Below are positions 1 through 8,015 of a stretch of DNA of 11,473 nucleotides, one piece after another. The notes beneath the pieces were generated by a model. It saw nothing but the letters and a program-made list of their open reading frames with translations, ran no database searches and was not told the DNA's origin. The number at the start of each line of letters is the position of its first letter. Position 1 is the first letter of the stretch. Position numbers and translations under genes: made by a program. Source of the stretch: Candidatus Fraserbacteria bacterium (GTDB lineage Bacteria; Bipolaricaulota; Bipolaricaulia; RBG-16-55-9); the NCBI GenBank assembly GCA_037443265.1, contig JBBIOR010000027.1, forward strand, positions 10,169 through 21,641, in the 5' to 3' direction.

Positions 1-55
1 GGAGACGGAGACGGAGACGGAGACGGAGACGGAGACGGAGACGGAGACGGAGACG
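1..55 (+). repeat. Perfect hexanucleotide tandem repeat (GGAGAC)x9, running off the window edge; encodes Glu-Thr repeats
   Basis: Directly visible at 1-54, plus one further G. Confidence 0.97.
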
Positions 56-154
56 CCCCCTGTCACCCCAGAAGCGGCCGCCCCGCAGGTCGCAGAGTTG
101 GTCGTCTCTTCGGAAGTTCCCAAAGAGGCCGAAGGGGAGGGTGGGTCCCCATGA
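1..154 (+). CDS. rpsB: 3' end of upstream gene, probably 30S ribosomal protein S2 (acidic low-complexity C-terminal tail); partial
   Basis: Frame 2 is open from the window edge: (ET)9-PPVTPEAAAPQVAELVVSSEVPKEAEGEGGSP-stop. The TGA at 152-154 overlaps the tsf ATG (ATGA). Identity is inferred only from the conserved rpsB-tsf-pyrH order and the acidic Ala/Pro/Glu tails common on S2; no S2 core is visible. Confidence 0.6.
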   Translation, partial: ETETETETETETETETETPPVTPEAAAPQVAELVVSSEVPKEAEGEGGSP

Positions 155-756
155 GCATCTCGGCGGAGATGGTGCAGAAGCTCCGCGAGGAGACGGGCGT
201 CGGCATCATGGATTGCAAGCGCGCTCTGGAGAAGAGCGGCGGTGATTTAGAGAAGGCCAAGCGCATCCTGCGCGCAGAGGGCAAGGCGGCGCTGGTGGAG
301 CTTCGAGGCCGCCTGGCCTCCGAAGGGCGCGTGGAGGCTTATATTCACCACACGGGCAAGATCGGGGTACTGGTAGAAGTAGACTGCAACACGGATTTTA
401 CGGCCAACAGCTCGGCCTTCCGCGCGTTTGTAAGGAATCTAGCGATGCACATCGCGGCCGCTTCTCCGCCGCCGCGCTATGTGAGCCCGGAGGAGATCCC
501 CCCCGAGGTGCTGGAGAGCGAGAGGGAGATCTATCGGGCTCAGGCCCAGAAAGAGGGCAAGCCTCCTCAGATTGCCGAGAGGATCGTCGAGGGGCGCCTG
601 AATAAATTCTATGAGGCAGTCTGCCTGCTCAAGCAACCCTACATGCTGGACCCAGCGGGCCAGATGCGCGTGGAGGATGCTCTGGGGGAACTGGTGGCCA
701 AAGTAGGCGAGAATATTGTCATTCGGCGCTTCGCCCGCTTTGAGGTTGGACGTTAA
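151..756 (+). CDS. tsf: Translation elongation factor Ts, short (~200 aa) form
   Basis: N-terminal 'ISAEMVQKLREETGVGIMDCKRAL', 'SEGRVEAYIH..GKIGVLVEV.C.TDF', 'KEGKPPQIAERIVEGRL.KFY', C-terminal 'GENIVIRRFARFEVG'. SD-like GGGGAGG upstream. Confidence 0.98.
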   Translation: MSISAEMVQKLREETGVGIMDCKRALEKSGGDLEKAKRILRAEGKAALVELRGRLASEGRVEAYIHHTGKIGVLVEVDCNTDFTANSSAFRAFVRNLAMHIAAASPPPRYVSPEEIPPEVLESEREIYRAQAQKEGKPPQIAERIVEGRLNKFYEAVCLLKQPYMLDPAGQMRVEDALGELVAKVGENIVIRRFARFEVGR

Positions 757-760
757 AAGA

Positions 761-1465
761 TTGAGTCCGGCGCACGCTCCCAAGCGCGTACTGCTCAAAA
801 TCTCTGGAGAGGCCTTCAGCAGCCGAGGGGCTAGCCTCTCTCCCGAAGCGCTCCATTCTCTCGTGCGGGAGATCCGCTCTGTACACGCCCAGGGAGTTCA
901 GTTGGGGATTGTCGTGGGCGGGGGCAATCTCGTGCGCGGAGCGGATGTGAAATTTCTCGATCGAGTCGTGGCCGATCGCATGGGGATGCTGGCCACCATC
1001 ATCAACGGGCTGGCGCTTTGCCAGGCCCTTCAGCAACACAAGATTCCGGCTCTGGTTCAGTCGGCGGTGCCCCTAAGCTGGGCCGATGCTGTGGACCCGC
1101 AGCGTGCCCGCGAGGCGCTAGCGCTTAAGAAGATTGTGATCTTTGTGGGAGGCACGGGCAATCCCTTCGTCACTACCGACACGGCCGCGGCCATCCGCGC
1201 CGCGGAAATTCAAGCCGATCTTCTGCTTAAGGCCACAGACGTCTCCGGTGTATACACAGCAGACCCGAAGAAGACTAAGAGGGCTAGAAAGCTCAAGCGC
1301 GTAAGCTACGGCGAAGTGCTGGCGAAGAACCTGGGCGTGATGGATCTGGCCGCGGTGGAGATCTGTCGCCAGAACCACATTCCCATCGTCGTCTTTGATG
1401 TCTTTCAGCCCGGGAGTCTTAAGAGAGCCCTCTGCGGAGAGGCCATCGGCACCCGGGTAGAGTAA
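761..1465 (+). CDS. pyrH: UMP kinase
   Basis: 'KRVLLKISGEA', 'VVGGGN', 'ADRMGMLAT', 'GGTGNPFVTTDTAAAIRA', 'GVYTADP', 'VMDL.A'; directly follows tsf. Start placed at TTG 761 just after the tsf stop instead of 716; start uncertain. Confidence 0.97.
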   Translation: MSPAHAPKRVLLKISGEAFSSRGASLSPEALHSLVREIRSVHAQGVQLGIVVGGGNLVRGADVKFLDRVVADRMGMLATIINGLALCQALQQHKIPALVQSAVPLSWADAVDPQRAREALALKKIVIFVGGTGNPFVTTDTAAAIRAAEIQADLLLKATDVSGVYTADPKKTKRARKLKRVSYGEVLAKNLGVMDLAAVEICRQNHIPIVVFDVFQPGSLKRALCGEAIGTRVE

Positions 1466-1473
1466 TTAATTAA

Positions 1474-1773
1474 TCAGCCCTTCTCCACGACTTTGGGGAC
1501 CTCGAAGAAATTCTCTCGTCGCTTGGGGGCATTCTTCAAAGCTTCTTCTGGAGAGATTGAGGGCCTGGGCTCATCCGGGCGAAAGACGTTCTTTAGAGCG
1601 AGCACGTGCTTCATCGGCTCGATGTCCGATGTGTCGAGCTCTTGCAGCTTTTTGAAGTGTGCTAAAATGCGCCCCAGCTGCTCTTGATATGCTCTTATTT
1701 CTTCTTCGCTGAGCTTAAGTTTAGCCAGTTTTGCGATGTGTAGGACTTCCTCGCGGCTGAGCATAATCCTCAT
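1474..1773 (-). CDS. gatC: Asp-tRNA(Asn)/Glu-tRNA(Gln) amidotransferase subunit C
   Basis: 'LSREEVLHIAKLAKL.LSEEE', 'LQELDTSDIEPM.H', 'VFRPDE', 'ALKNAP....FFEVPKV'. SD AAAGGAG upstream; alternative ATG at 1764. Confidence 0.96.
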   Translation of the reverse strand: MRIMLSREEVLHIAKLAKLKLSEEEIRAYQEQLGRILAHFKKLQELDTSDIEPMKHVLALKNVFRPDEPRPSISPEEALKNAPKRRENFFEVPKVVEKG

Positions 1774-1800
1774 CCTCTCCTTTCATTTTAATTTAATTAC

Positions 1801-4107
1801 TTACACCCTGGCCAGGTCGAACTTGCCCCCGAATCTCCTCTGAAACTCTCCAATCAGAGGCGTGTTCGGCTCGCGCTCCATGAGCCGGAAAGCCTCCTGG
1901 CGCGCCGCCTTCATCAGCGGAAGATCTCTAATTAAATCCGCCACCCGAAACGTCGTATCTAAGCCATGCTGTGTAACCCCCAATAGCTCCCCCGGCCCCC
2001 GGATTTTGAGATCTTCTTCGGCAATAGAAAAGCCATCGCTCAGATCCCGGAAGGCTTCCAGTCTCTGCCGGGCTTCTTCGGTCTTGGCGGTCGCAATGGC
2101 AAAGCAGAGGGCCCGCTGCCCCACCCGCCCAATGCGCCCCCGAAGCTGATGGAGCTGGGCCAGCCCAAAACGCTCCGCATGCTCGATGATCATCCAAGAC
2201 GCATCCGGCACGTCGATCCCCACCTCAATGATCGAGGTGCTCACCAGCACATTCAGCTCTTTACGACGAAACTGTTCCATCATGAGTCTCTTCTCTGGAT
2301 CGCTCATGCGCCCGTGCAACAGCCCCACCCGAAAATCCCTGAAGAAAGTCCGCTCCAACTCCTCTTTCATCTGGGTGGCCGCCCTAAGATCCAGCTCCTC
2401 AGACTCTTCAATCAACGGGTAGACGACATACGCCTGCGCGCCGCCTTCGAGCGCGCGGGCCAGCAGGCGATAGACCTCCTCGCGCCCCTCTTCCGAGATC
2501 CAGTACGTCCGAATATCCTTCGCAAACGGCAGCTCATCCAGGATCGAGCTCTCAAATTGCCCATAGAGGGTGAGCGTGATCGTGCGCGGAATGGGAGTGG
2601 CGCTCATCACCAGCACATGCACGTGCTCGCCCTTCTCCTCGAGTTGAGCCCGCTGAATGACCCCGAAGCGATGCTGCTCATCGATGATGGCCAGCCCCAA
2701 AGAAGCAAATTGCACGCCTTCGCTTATGAGGGCATGAGTTCCGATGACGAGATCGATCTGGCCTGCGGCCACGGCTTGTTGAACCTCTTCTTTGGCCGAG
2801 GCAGGCAGGCTCCCCATGAGCAGGGCCGCGCGCACGCCTAGAGGCAGAAGCAGGGGCCTTAAGCGCTCATAGTGCTGCTGGGCCAGAATCTCTGTGGGAG
2901 CCATCAACGCCACTTGAGTCTGGGCTCGTATGGCGATGTAGGCGGCCGCGGCGGCCACGACCGTCTTGCCGCTGCCCACGTCCCCCTGCAACAGGCGATT
3001 CATCGGATGGCCGGAAGATAAATCTCTGCGGATCTCATCTAGAGCCCGCTCTTGCGCCTTGGTGAGCTGGAAAGGCAGAGCCGCCCGAAATTCATCCAGC
3101 TCGGCATCGGAAATCTTTAAGGGGCGGGTGGGCTGCTGGGCCACTCTGTGGCGCTCCCGGGCCACCCCAATCTGAAAGAGGAAGAGTTCCTCGAAGGCCA
3201 GGGTCTTTCGGGCCTGCTCGAATTCTTCCAGGCTGGTGGGGAAGTGGATCTTCTCTAGGGCTTCCGCCCGCCCGAGCAGCCCCTGCCGAGCGCGGATCTC
3301 CTCGGGCAAGAGTTCTGGAATGTGCGCACGATAAATCTGAAGGTTCTCGCGGATCAGGCGGTAGAGCATCTGAGGGGTGAGCCCCTGGGTGGCGGGATAG
3401 ATAGGCACAAGCCTTCCTGTGAGAAATTGGGCCTCCGCGGGCTCCCAGACCGGGTTGCTCATCTGAAGCACGCCATAGAGGCGCTCGGCATGGCCGTAGA
3501 GCGCAATTCTTGCGCCTTGGGCCAAGTGCGCCTTCAGCCAGGGCTGATTGAACCAGACGGCATAAAGCAGCCCCGTGTTGTCCTGTACGGCCGCTTTGAC
3601 GATCTCCAGGTTGGGGCGGGGCTTCAGGACGTCTATAGCGCGCAGCCGGCCCCGGACCGTGGCCCGCTCTCCGTGTTCCACTTGCCCGATCTTCTTGATG
3701 AGGCTGCGATCCTCCAGGCGCCGGGGCAGATACATCAAGAGATCTTCGATGGTCTCGATGCCCAATCTCTTGAGGAGCTTGGCGCGCTGCTCTCCCACGC
3801 CCTTGGCATAGCGAATGGGTCTTCTGAAGGCATCTTCCGGCGCGATTTCCTTTGGAGTTGGCGCAGCGGAAGGCTCTAAAGATAAAGATAAAGAGGCGAG
3901 AAGCTCTTCGAGTTGCTGGACGGCCTCTCTCCGCTCGCTCAGGCTCCTCTTTTGGTAGGCTCTCACCGCATCCCGCAGGGCCTCTTCGGCTAGGCGGGCG
4001 ACGAAGGCCTCTAGCCCACCCAGCACAGCCGTGTCCTGATAGCCCGTCTTCTTCTCCAGCTGGAGGATCTTCTTCAGGCGCTCGATGAGCTCTTTCGCTT
4101 GGACCAT
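1801..4107 (-). CDS. recG: ATP-dependent DNA helicase RecG with an N-terminal helical extension
   Basis: Wedge/OB region 'KGVGEQRAKLLKRLGIETIEDLL..LPRR.EDR', 'MNRLLQGDVGSGKT', 'MAPTEILAQQH', 'IIDEQHRFG', 'MSATPIPRT', 'AERFGLAQLHQLRGRIGR', TRG motif 'DGFSIAEEDLKIRGPGELLG'. Start moved to ATG 4107 (768 aa) to avoid overlap with def. Confidence 0.98.
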   Translation of the reverse strand: MVQAKELIERLKKILQLEKKTGYQDTAVLGGLEAFVARLAEEALRDAVRAYQKRSLSERREAVQQLEELLASLSLSLEPSAAPTPKEIAPEDAFRRPIRYAKGVGEQRAKLLKRLGIETIEDLLMYLPRRLEDRSLIKKIGQVEHGERATVRGRLRAIDVLKPRPNLEIVKAAVQDNTGLLYAVWFNQPWLKAHLAQGARIALYGHAERLYGVLQMSNPVWEPAEAQFLTGRLVPIYPATQGLTPQMLYRLIRENLQIYRAHIPELLPEEIRARQGLLGRAEALEKIHFPTSLEEFEQARKTLAFEELFLFQIGVARERHRVAQQPTRPLKISDAELDEFRAALPFQLTKAQERALDEIRRDLSSGHPMNRLLQGDVGSGKTVVAAAAAYIAIRAQTQVALMAPTEILAQQHYERLRPLLLPLGVRAALLMGSLPASAKEEVQQAVAAGQIDLVIGTHALISEGVQFASLGLAIIDEQHRFGVIQRAQLEEKGEHVHVLVMSATPIPRTITLTLYGQFESSILDELPFAKDIRTYWISEEGREEVYRLLARALEGGAQAYVVYPLIEESEELDLRAATQMKEELERTFFRDFRVGLLHGRMSDPEKRLMMEQFRRKELNVLVSTSIIEVGIDVPDASWMIIEHAERFGLAQLHQLRGRIGRVGQRALCFAIATAKTEEARQRLEAFRDLSDGFSIAEEDLKIRGPGELLGVTQHGLDTTFRVADLIRDLPLMKAARQEAFRLMEREPNTPLIGEFQRRFGGKFDLARV

Positions 4108-4109
4108 GA

Positions 4110-4161
4110 TCGAAAAAGAGCACGCTTTCCCATATAATACTAACTTGAAGGGGATGGACAA
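4110..4161. promoter_or_regulatory. Candidate bidirectional sigma70 promoter between recG and def
   Basis: Plus strand: TCGAAA(4110-4115)-17 nt-TATAAT(4133-4138). Minus strand: TTGTCC(4161-4156)-16 nt-TATTAT(4139-4134). Confidence 0.55.
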
Positions 4162-4165
4162 GGCC

Positions 4166-4678
4166 ATGAGTCTTAAGATTCGCTTATATCCCGATCCAGT
4201 GCTCCGCCGCCGCGCGGAGAGTATCGAGCGCATTACGGATGAGATTCGAGCGCTGGCCGATCAGATGACCGAGACGCTCATCAAGAGGGTCGGCTATGGG
4301 CTGGCCGCGCCTCAGGTGGGCGTCTTAAAACGCTTGATCATAGTCGACGTGGAGGACGATTTTTATGTCTTGGCCAACCCGATAATCCTCGAGCAGAGCG
4401 CTGAGAGGGCCCTGGGCATCGAGGGGTGCTTGAGCATTCCAGGGATCGAAGCGGAGATCGAGCGGGCCAAGAGAATAAGAGTCGAGGGCCTCACGCTCAA
4501 GAACGAGAAGATCCTCATCGATGCGGAGGATCTTCTGGCGCGGGTCTTGCAGCACGAGATCGATCATTTAAACGGCGTGCTCTTTATTGATTACTTGAGC
4601 GCGATAAAGAGGCAGCGACTGCTCAAAGAGTATAGCAGACCTAAGGCTAAGGCGCGGGCTCGCGCCCATGTGCTATGA
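4166..4678 (+). CDS. def: Peptide deformylase
   Basis: All three PDF motifs: GYGLAAPQVG, EGCLS, HEIDHLNG. Typical start 'MSLKIRLYPDPVLR' at ATG 4166. Confidence 0.98.
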   Translation: MSLKIRLYPDPVLRRRAESIERITDEIRALADQMTETLIKRVGYGLAAPQVGVLKRLIIVDVEDDFYVLANPIILEQSAERALGIEGCLSIPGIEAEIERAKRIRVEGLTLKNEKILIDAEDLLARVLQHEIDHLNGVLFIDYLSAIKRQRLLKEYSRPKAKARARAHVL

Positions 4679-5601
4679 GGCTTGTGTTTTTAGGGACCGG
4701 GTCGCTGGGTCTGCCCACGCTTCGGGCACTGGCCCACTCCCACCAGATCCTGGCGGTCTTCACCCAGCCGGATCGGCCCGCGGGCCGCGGACTTAAGCTT
4801 AAAACTCCTCCGGTGAAAATAGTAGCCCAGGAGCTAAAGCTGCCCGTCCATCAGCCAGCCAAGATCCAGCGGGAGGTCGAGGCGATTCGCGCACTTTCCC
4901 CCGACGCGCTGGTGATTGTGGCCTACGGTCAGATCCTCTCCAAGGAGCTTCTAGATGTCCCACGCCTGGGCTGTGTAAATCTCCACGCCTCTCTTCTGCC
5001 CAAGTATCGCGGGGCCGCGCCCATCCAGTGGGCGCTCATGGAGGGCGAAACAAAAACGGGCGTGACCACGTTGCTGCTGGACGAGGGCTTGGACACCGGA
5101 CCCATTTTGTTGCAGCGCGAGTGTCCCATTTCAGAAGAAGACACGGCGGGCACGCTCGGCGAGAGACTGGCCCAGCTGGGAGCTGATCTTGTGCGGGAGA
5201 CCCTCGAGGGGCTGGAGATGGGAAGGCTTACGCCTCGGCCTCAAGATCCCTCCCAGGCCAGCTACGCGCCCAAGATCCCCAAAGAACTGGAAAGGCTCAA
5301 TTGGACGAAGGGCGCCCGCACACTGTTCAATCTCATTCGGGCGCTTTCTCCTGCGCCGGGAGCGTACACGCTCTATCAGGGCAGGCGCCTTAAAATTTAT
5401 AGAAGCCGCGCGCTGGCCTCTTCGATCGGCGAGCCAGAGCCAGGGACCGTGATTGACTTTGGGCCGCAGGGGCCCATCGTGCAGACGGGGCAGGGAGCCT
5501 TAGAGCTTCTAGAAGTCCAACCCGAGGGTAGGCGCCCCATGAGCGGCCTGGATTTCGCGCGCGGGTATCGCCTCAAGATGGGCGATGCGCTGGGGCATTG
5601 A
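4675..5601 (+). CDS. fmt: Methionyl-tRNA formyltransferase
   Basis: 'MRLVFLGT', 'TQPDRPAGRG', 'VAYGQIL', 'NLHASLLPKYRGAAPIQWAL', 'EGLDTGPI', 'YAPKI'. ATGA overlap with def. Confidence 0.98.
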   Translation: MRLVFLGTGSLGLPTLRALAHSHQILAVFTQPDRPAGRGLKLKTPPVKIVAQELKLPVHQPAKIQREVEAIRALSPDALVIVAYGQILSKELLDVPRLGCVNLHASLLPKYRGAAPIQWALMEGETKTGVTTLLLDEGLDTGPILLQRECPISEEDTAGTLGERLAQLGADLVRETLEGLEMGRLTPRPQDPSQASYAPKIPKELERLNWTKGARTLFNLIRALSPAPGAYTLYQGRRLKIYRSRALASSIGEPEPGTVIDFGPQGPIVQTGQGALELLEVQPEGRRPMSGLDFARGYRLKMGDALGH

Positions 5602-5606
5602 TCATT

Positions 5607-5705
5607 TCAATGCTGGCAGCCGCAACTGCCTTCGCCGTGCCCCTCAAACTTGGGGTTGCGGATCGTAAACCCCTGGCCGTACTCGGGATGCTCAATGAAG
5701 TCAAT
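5607..5705 (-). pseudogene. 3' remnant of an IscA/HesB/ErpA-family (A-type Fe-S carrier) gene
   Basis: Minus strand reads IDFIEHPEYGQGFTIRNPKFEGHGEGSCGCQH-stop, which fits the family C-terminus 'IDY....G.GF.I.NP......CGCG'. There is an in-frame TAA at 5729-5727 and no ATG/GTG/TTG in frame. Confidence 0.75.
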
Positions 5706-5737
5706 TCCCCTTTCTCTGCGCTCAAATTATAGATGTC

Positions 5738-6412
5738 TTAGCCCGAGATCCTTCGTTGCCCGACCCAGAGATCGATGGCGCGCAAGAAGGTGGCATCGTC
5801 CAGTTGCCCCCCAAGCCAAGCGTCAATGAGGGCAAAGAACTCCTCGTTGTCCAGGCGATCGTTTCCATTGACATCGAAGCTCTTCAGTGCAGGCGGCGGG
5901 GAGTCCACTTCCACGATATCGCCAAAGACGGTGGTCCAGTACCAGCCGAATTGAGTTTGAGCTCCAAAGAGCCTGGAGATGCCTATGGCTCTGGCCTGGC
6001 AGGCCAGCATGTTCCGATTATGCCCCTCCGAGGTACGCCAAGCTTCCCAGGCCTCTTGAGCCGTCTGCGGGCCAGCGACCAAGTTCTCTGCCAGGAAGCG
6101 CCACGCCTTGGGATAGCCGGCGGACAGGACGCGCCCTGCTAGATCGGGCTCGCCCGAACAGACATGCGCAAAGCAGTTCTGCGCGATCATGACTTGAGTG
6201 TGACTGCGCGCCGCGCGCGTAAGAGCCGCTGAGAGCTGCAGGGCAGGAGGGGCAAGGCTCCTCCATCCCGAGCCGTCCCAGCAGACGGCACTGCCGCCTC
6301 TATAGGCGTTGATCAGGGCCAAAAGATTCACTTCCTCGCGATCCTGCGCTTGGACGGCAAGCGCCAGGGCCAGGGCCAGGGCCAGCAAGAGAGCGGTGCT
6401 TATTCGCCTCAT
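5738..6412 (-). CDS. Secreted CAP (SCP/YkwD-like) domain protein with C-terminal EF-hand/dockerin-like module
   Basis: Signal peptide MRRISTALLLALALALALAVQA. CAP motifs 'LINAYR', 'LTRAARSH...M....FAH', 'AENL', 'W..SEGH..NML', 'YWTTVFG'. A PPP linker precedes 'DVNGNDRLDNEE' and two similar helices. SD AAAGGAG; begins 18 nt after the thyX stop. Confidence 0.9.
   Translation of the reverse strand: MRRISTALLLALALALALAVQAQDREEVNLLALINAYRGGSAVCWDGSGWRSLAPPALQLSAALTRAARSHTQVMIAQNCFAHVCSGEPDLAGRVLSAGYPKAWRFLAENLVAGPQTAQEAWEAWRTSEGHNRNMLACQARAIGISRLFGAQTQFGWYWTTVFGDIVEVDSPPPALKSFDVNGNDRLDNEEFFALIDAWLGGQLDDATFLRAIDLWVGQRRISG
6363..6385 (+). repeat. Short (GCCAGG)x~4 tandem repeat encoding Leu-Ala repeats in the CAP signal peptide
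   Basis: gccagg gccagg gccagg gccag visible at 6363-6385. Confidence 0.85.
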
Positions 6413-6430
6413 CTTAAGACTCCTTTCGTC

Positions 6431-7987
6431 TTAACGCTTGAAGAACTCCTGGTGCGTGGGAGGCAGGGCCCGGACGTGCCGAGCCAGCTCAGGGTACCGC
6501 CTTTGGAGCTGCGCGAACATGGCGTACGCGATCTCGCGCACGGAGAAATGATTCTCCGGTCGGGTGCGTAGTTCTATGATATATTGCAACTCGCCCGTGT
6601 CCATCTTGAAGAGCGAGCGCCTGCGATACGCGAAGGGCAGGGCGTACTCTCCCACCCCCGGCGTGAGGGCATCGATGCGGGTGGAGAGCTCCCCGGCTTG
6701 CTCCATGAGCTTTGAATAGCGCTCGGCCAGGCCGGCCTCCAAGATCTCTTTGGGGGTGTCGAAGCCGTACGCCGCCTGAAAGCCTTTGTGAATCTGCACC
6801 AGGCGGCGATGCCTGTGAAAATCCCGCCAGCTGCCGCCGTCGAGACAGAGATCGAAGATGAGAGAGTAGCCGCTGTAGGTCTCGCGCAGCGGCAGGTCAA
6901 ATCTGGCGCGCTGGCGCTCGGGGATCTCCGCGATCCTTTGCTTCTCACGAAGATTCATCTGCTTCACCCGCGCGAGGATCTGGGCGTAGGAGTGGGGCAG
7001 CACGCGATAGAGCAGGGTGGCCACGCGCTCCGTGAGCGGATCATGGGGCTCGGCGAGCCAGACGCCCCTCCCTCCGTCGGGCGCGTCTAGATCTTTGGCC
7101 AGGGGCGCCGCGGCCTGCCGAAGGGCTTCGCTCGTCTGGCGAAGGTACTCGCTGGGCTGAGTGTACTTGATGAGCGTGGGGACCGCAGCCGCCCCCACAT
7201 GCACGATCTTCTTAACCTCTTCGAGGATCTTGCGCTCTTGAGGCAGTCGTTGCCAGAGCTCTTCAAGCCGGGGCAGAAGCCGCTCGACCATCGGGTTGAA
7301 CGCTGGTCTTTTCATGACGGCCTCCTTGAGCTCCTGGGCGATGGCTTGCATCTCTCTTAGCGGATGGGAGAAGAGGCGTATAAGTTGTCTCTCGAGCGTG
7401 CGGGCACTCAGGATCTGCCCCAGCCCCGTGCGGATGCTCATGGGCAGAAGATAGCGCGCCACATCAAAGGCGCGCGCTTTGAGTGTGCGCTCGTACTTGG
7501 CGTCGTCCATGTCGGGGGGGCGCTCGTGCGCGTGCTTCTCCATCAAGATTTTGAGAATCTGCGGATGGGCGGCCCCATACTCGCGGATGAGCCGATGGCA
7601 CAGCTTCTGATACGGGTCTTCCAGCTCGGTGCCTAAAAGCTCCTCGGGCAGATGGAAGCCGCGCCGCTCAAAATCCTGATAGCGCGTGGAACTGGCCTGG
7701 CCGTCTATGAGCGGATCATCCCAGAGCTCTTCGGCGGCTACCATGGAGATATTCTCTAACACAATGGTCAGGTGTGCCAGATCGGCAATCGAGGCATGGC
7801 CGTAATCAAAATAGAAGCTCTCGTAGAAGCGCTGGGCTCCCTCTTGGGTGAGCTCGAAGATCCACTCTTGATAGGGGAGGCTGGAGCGGCTGAATTTGGC
7901 GATGCCATAGCCCCCGGGCTCAGGGAGTACCCCTAAGACGGCAAAGATGCGCCTCTGGCCGAAGTCCTCGCCTTTCGGTTCGCTCAA
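6431..7987 (-). CDS. thyX: FAD-dependent thymidylate synthase, tandem double-domain (Chlamydia-like) ThyX
   Basis: 518 aa. N-half has 'YGHASIADLAH', 'SSTRYQDF', 'AFDVARYLLP'; C-half has 'RDFHRHRR', 'YALPFAY', 'YIIELRT..ENHFSVREIA'. TTG start with GGGGTGA SD 6 nt upstream. Confidence 0.88.
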   Translation of the reverse strand: MSEPKGEDFGQRRIFAVLGVLPEPGGYGIAKFSRSSLPYQEWIFELTQEGAQRFYESFYFDYGHASIADLAHLTIVLENISMVAAEELWDDPLIDGQASSTRYQDFERRGFHLPEELLGTELEDPYQKLCHRLIREYGAAHPQILKILMEKHAHERPPDMDDAKYERTLKARAFDVARYLLPMSIRTGLGQILSARTLERQLIRLFSHPLREMQAIAQELKEAVMKRPAFNPMVERLLPRLEELWQRLPQERKILEEVKKIVHVGAAAVPTLIKYTQPSEYLRQTSEALRQAAAPLAKDLDAPDGGRGVWLAEPHDPLTERVATLLYRVLPHSYAQILARVKQMNLREKQRIAEIPERQRARFDLPLRETYSGYSLIFDLCLDGGSWRDFHRHRRLVQIHKGFQAAYGFDTPKEILEAGLAERYSKLMEQAGELSTRIDALTPGVGEYALPFAYRRRSLFKMDTGELQYIIELRTRPENHFSVREIAYAMFAQLQRRYPELARHVRALPPTHQEFFKR

Positions 7988-8015
7988 TACCTCTCACCCC
8001 CAGCCGCTTGAGCGT

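Noticed and set aside
4085..4233. Extended starts for recG (4233) and def (4085)
   Set aside because: They would overlap head-to-head and cover the promoter region; family-like sequence begins at 4107 and 4166.
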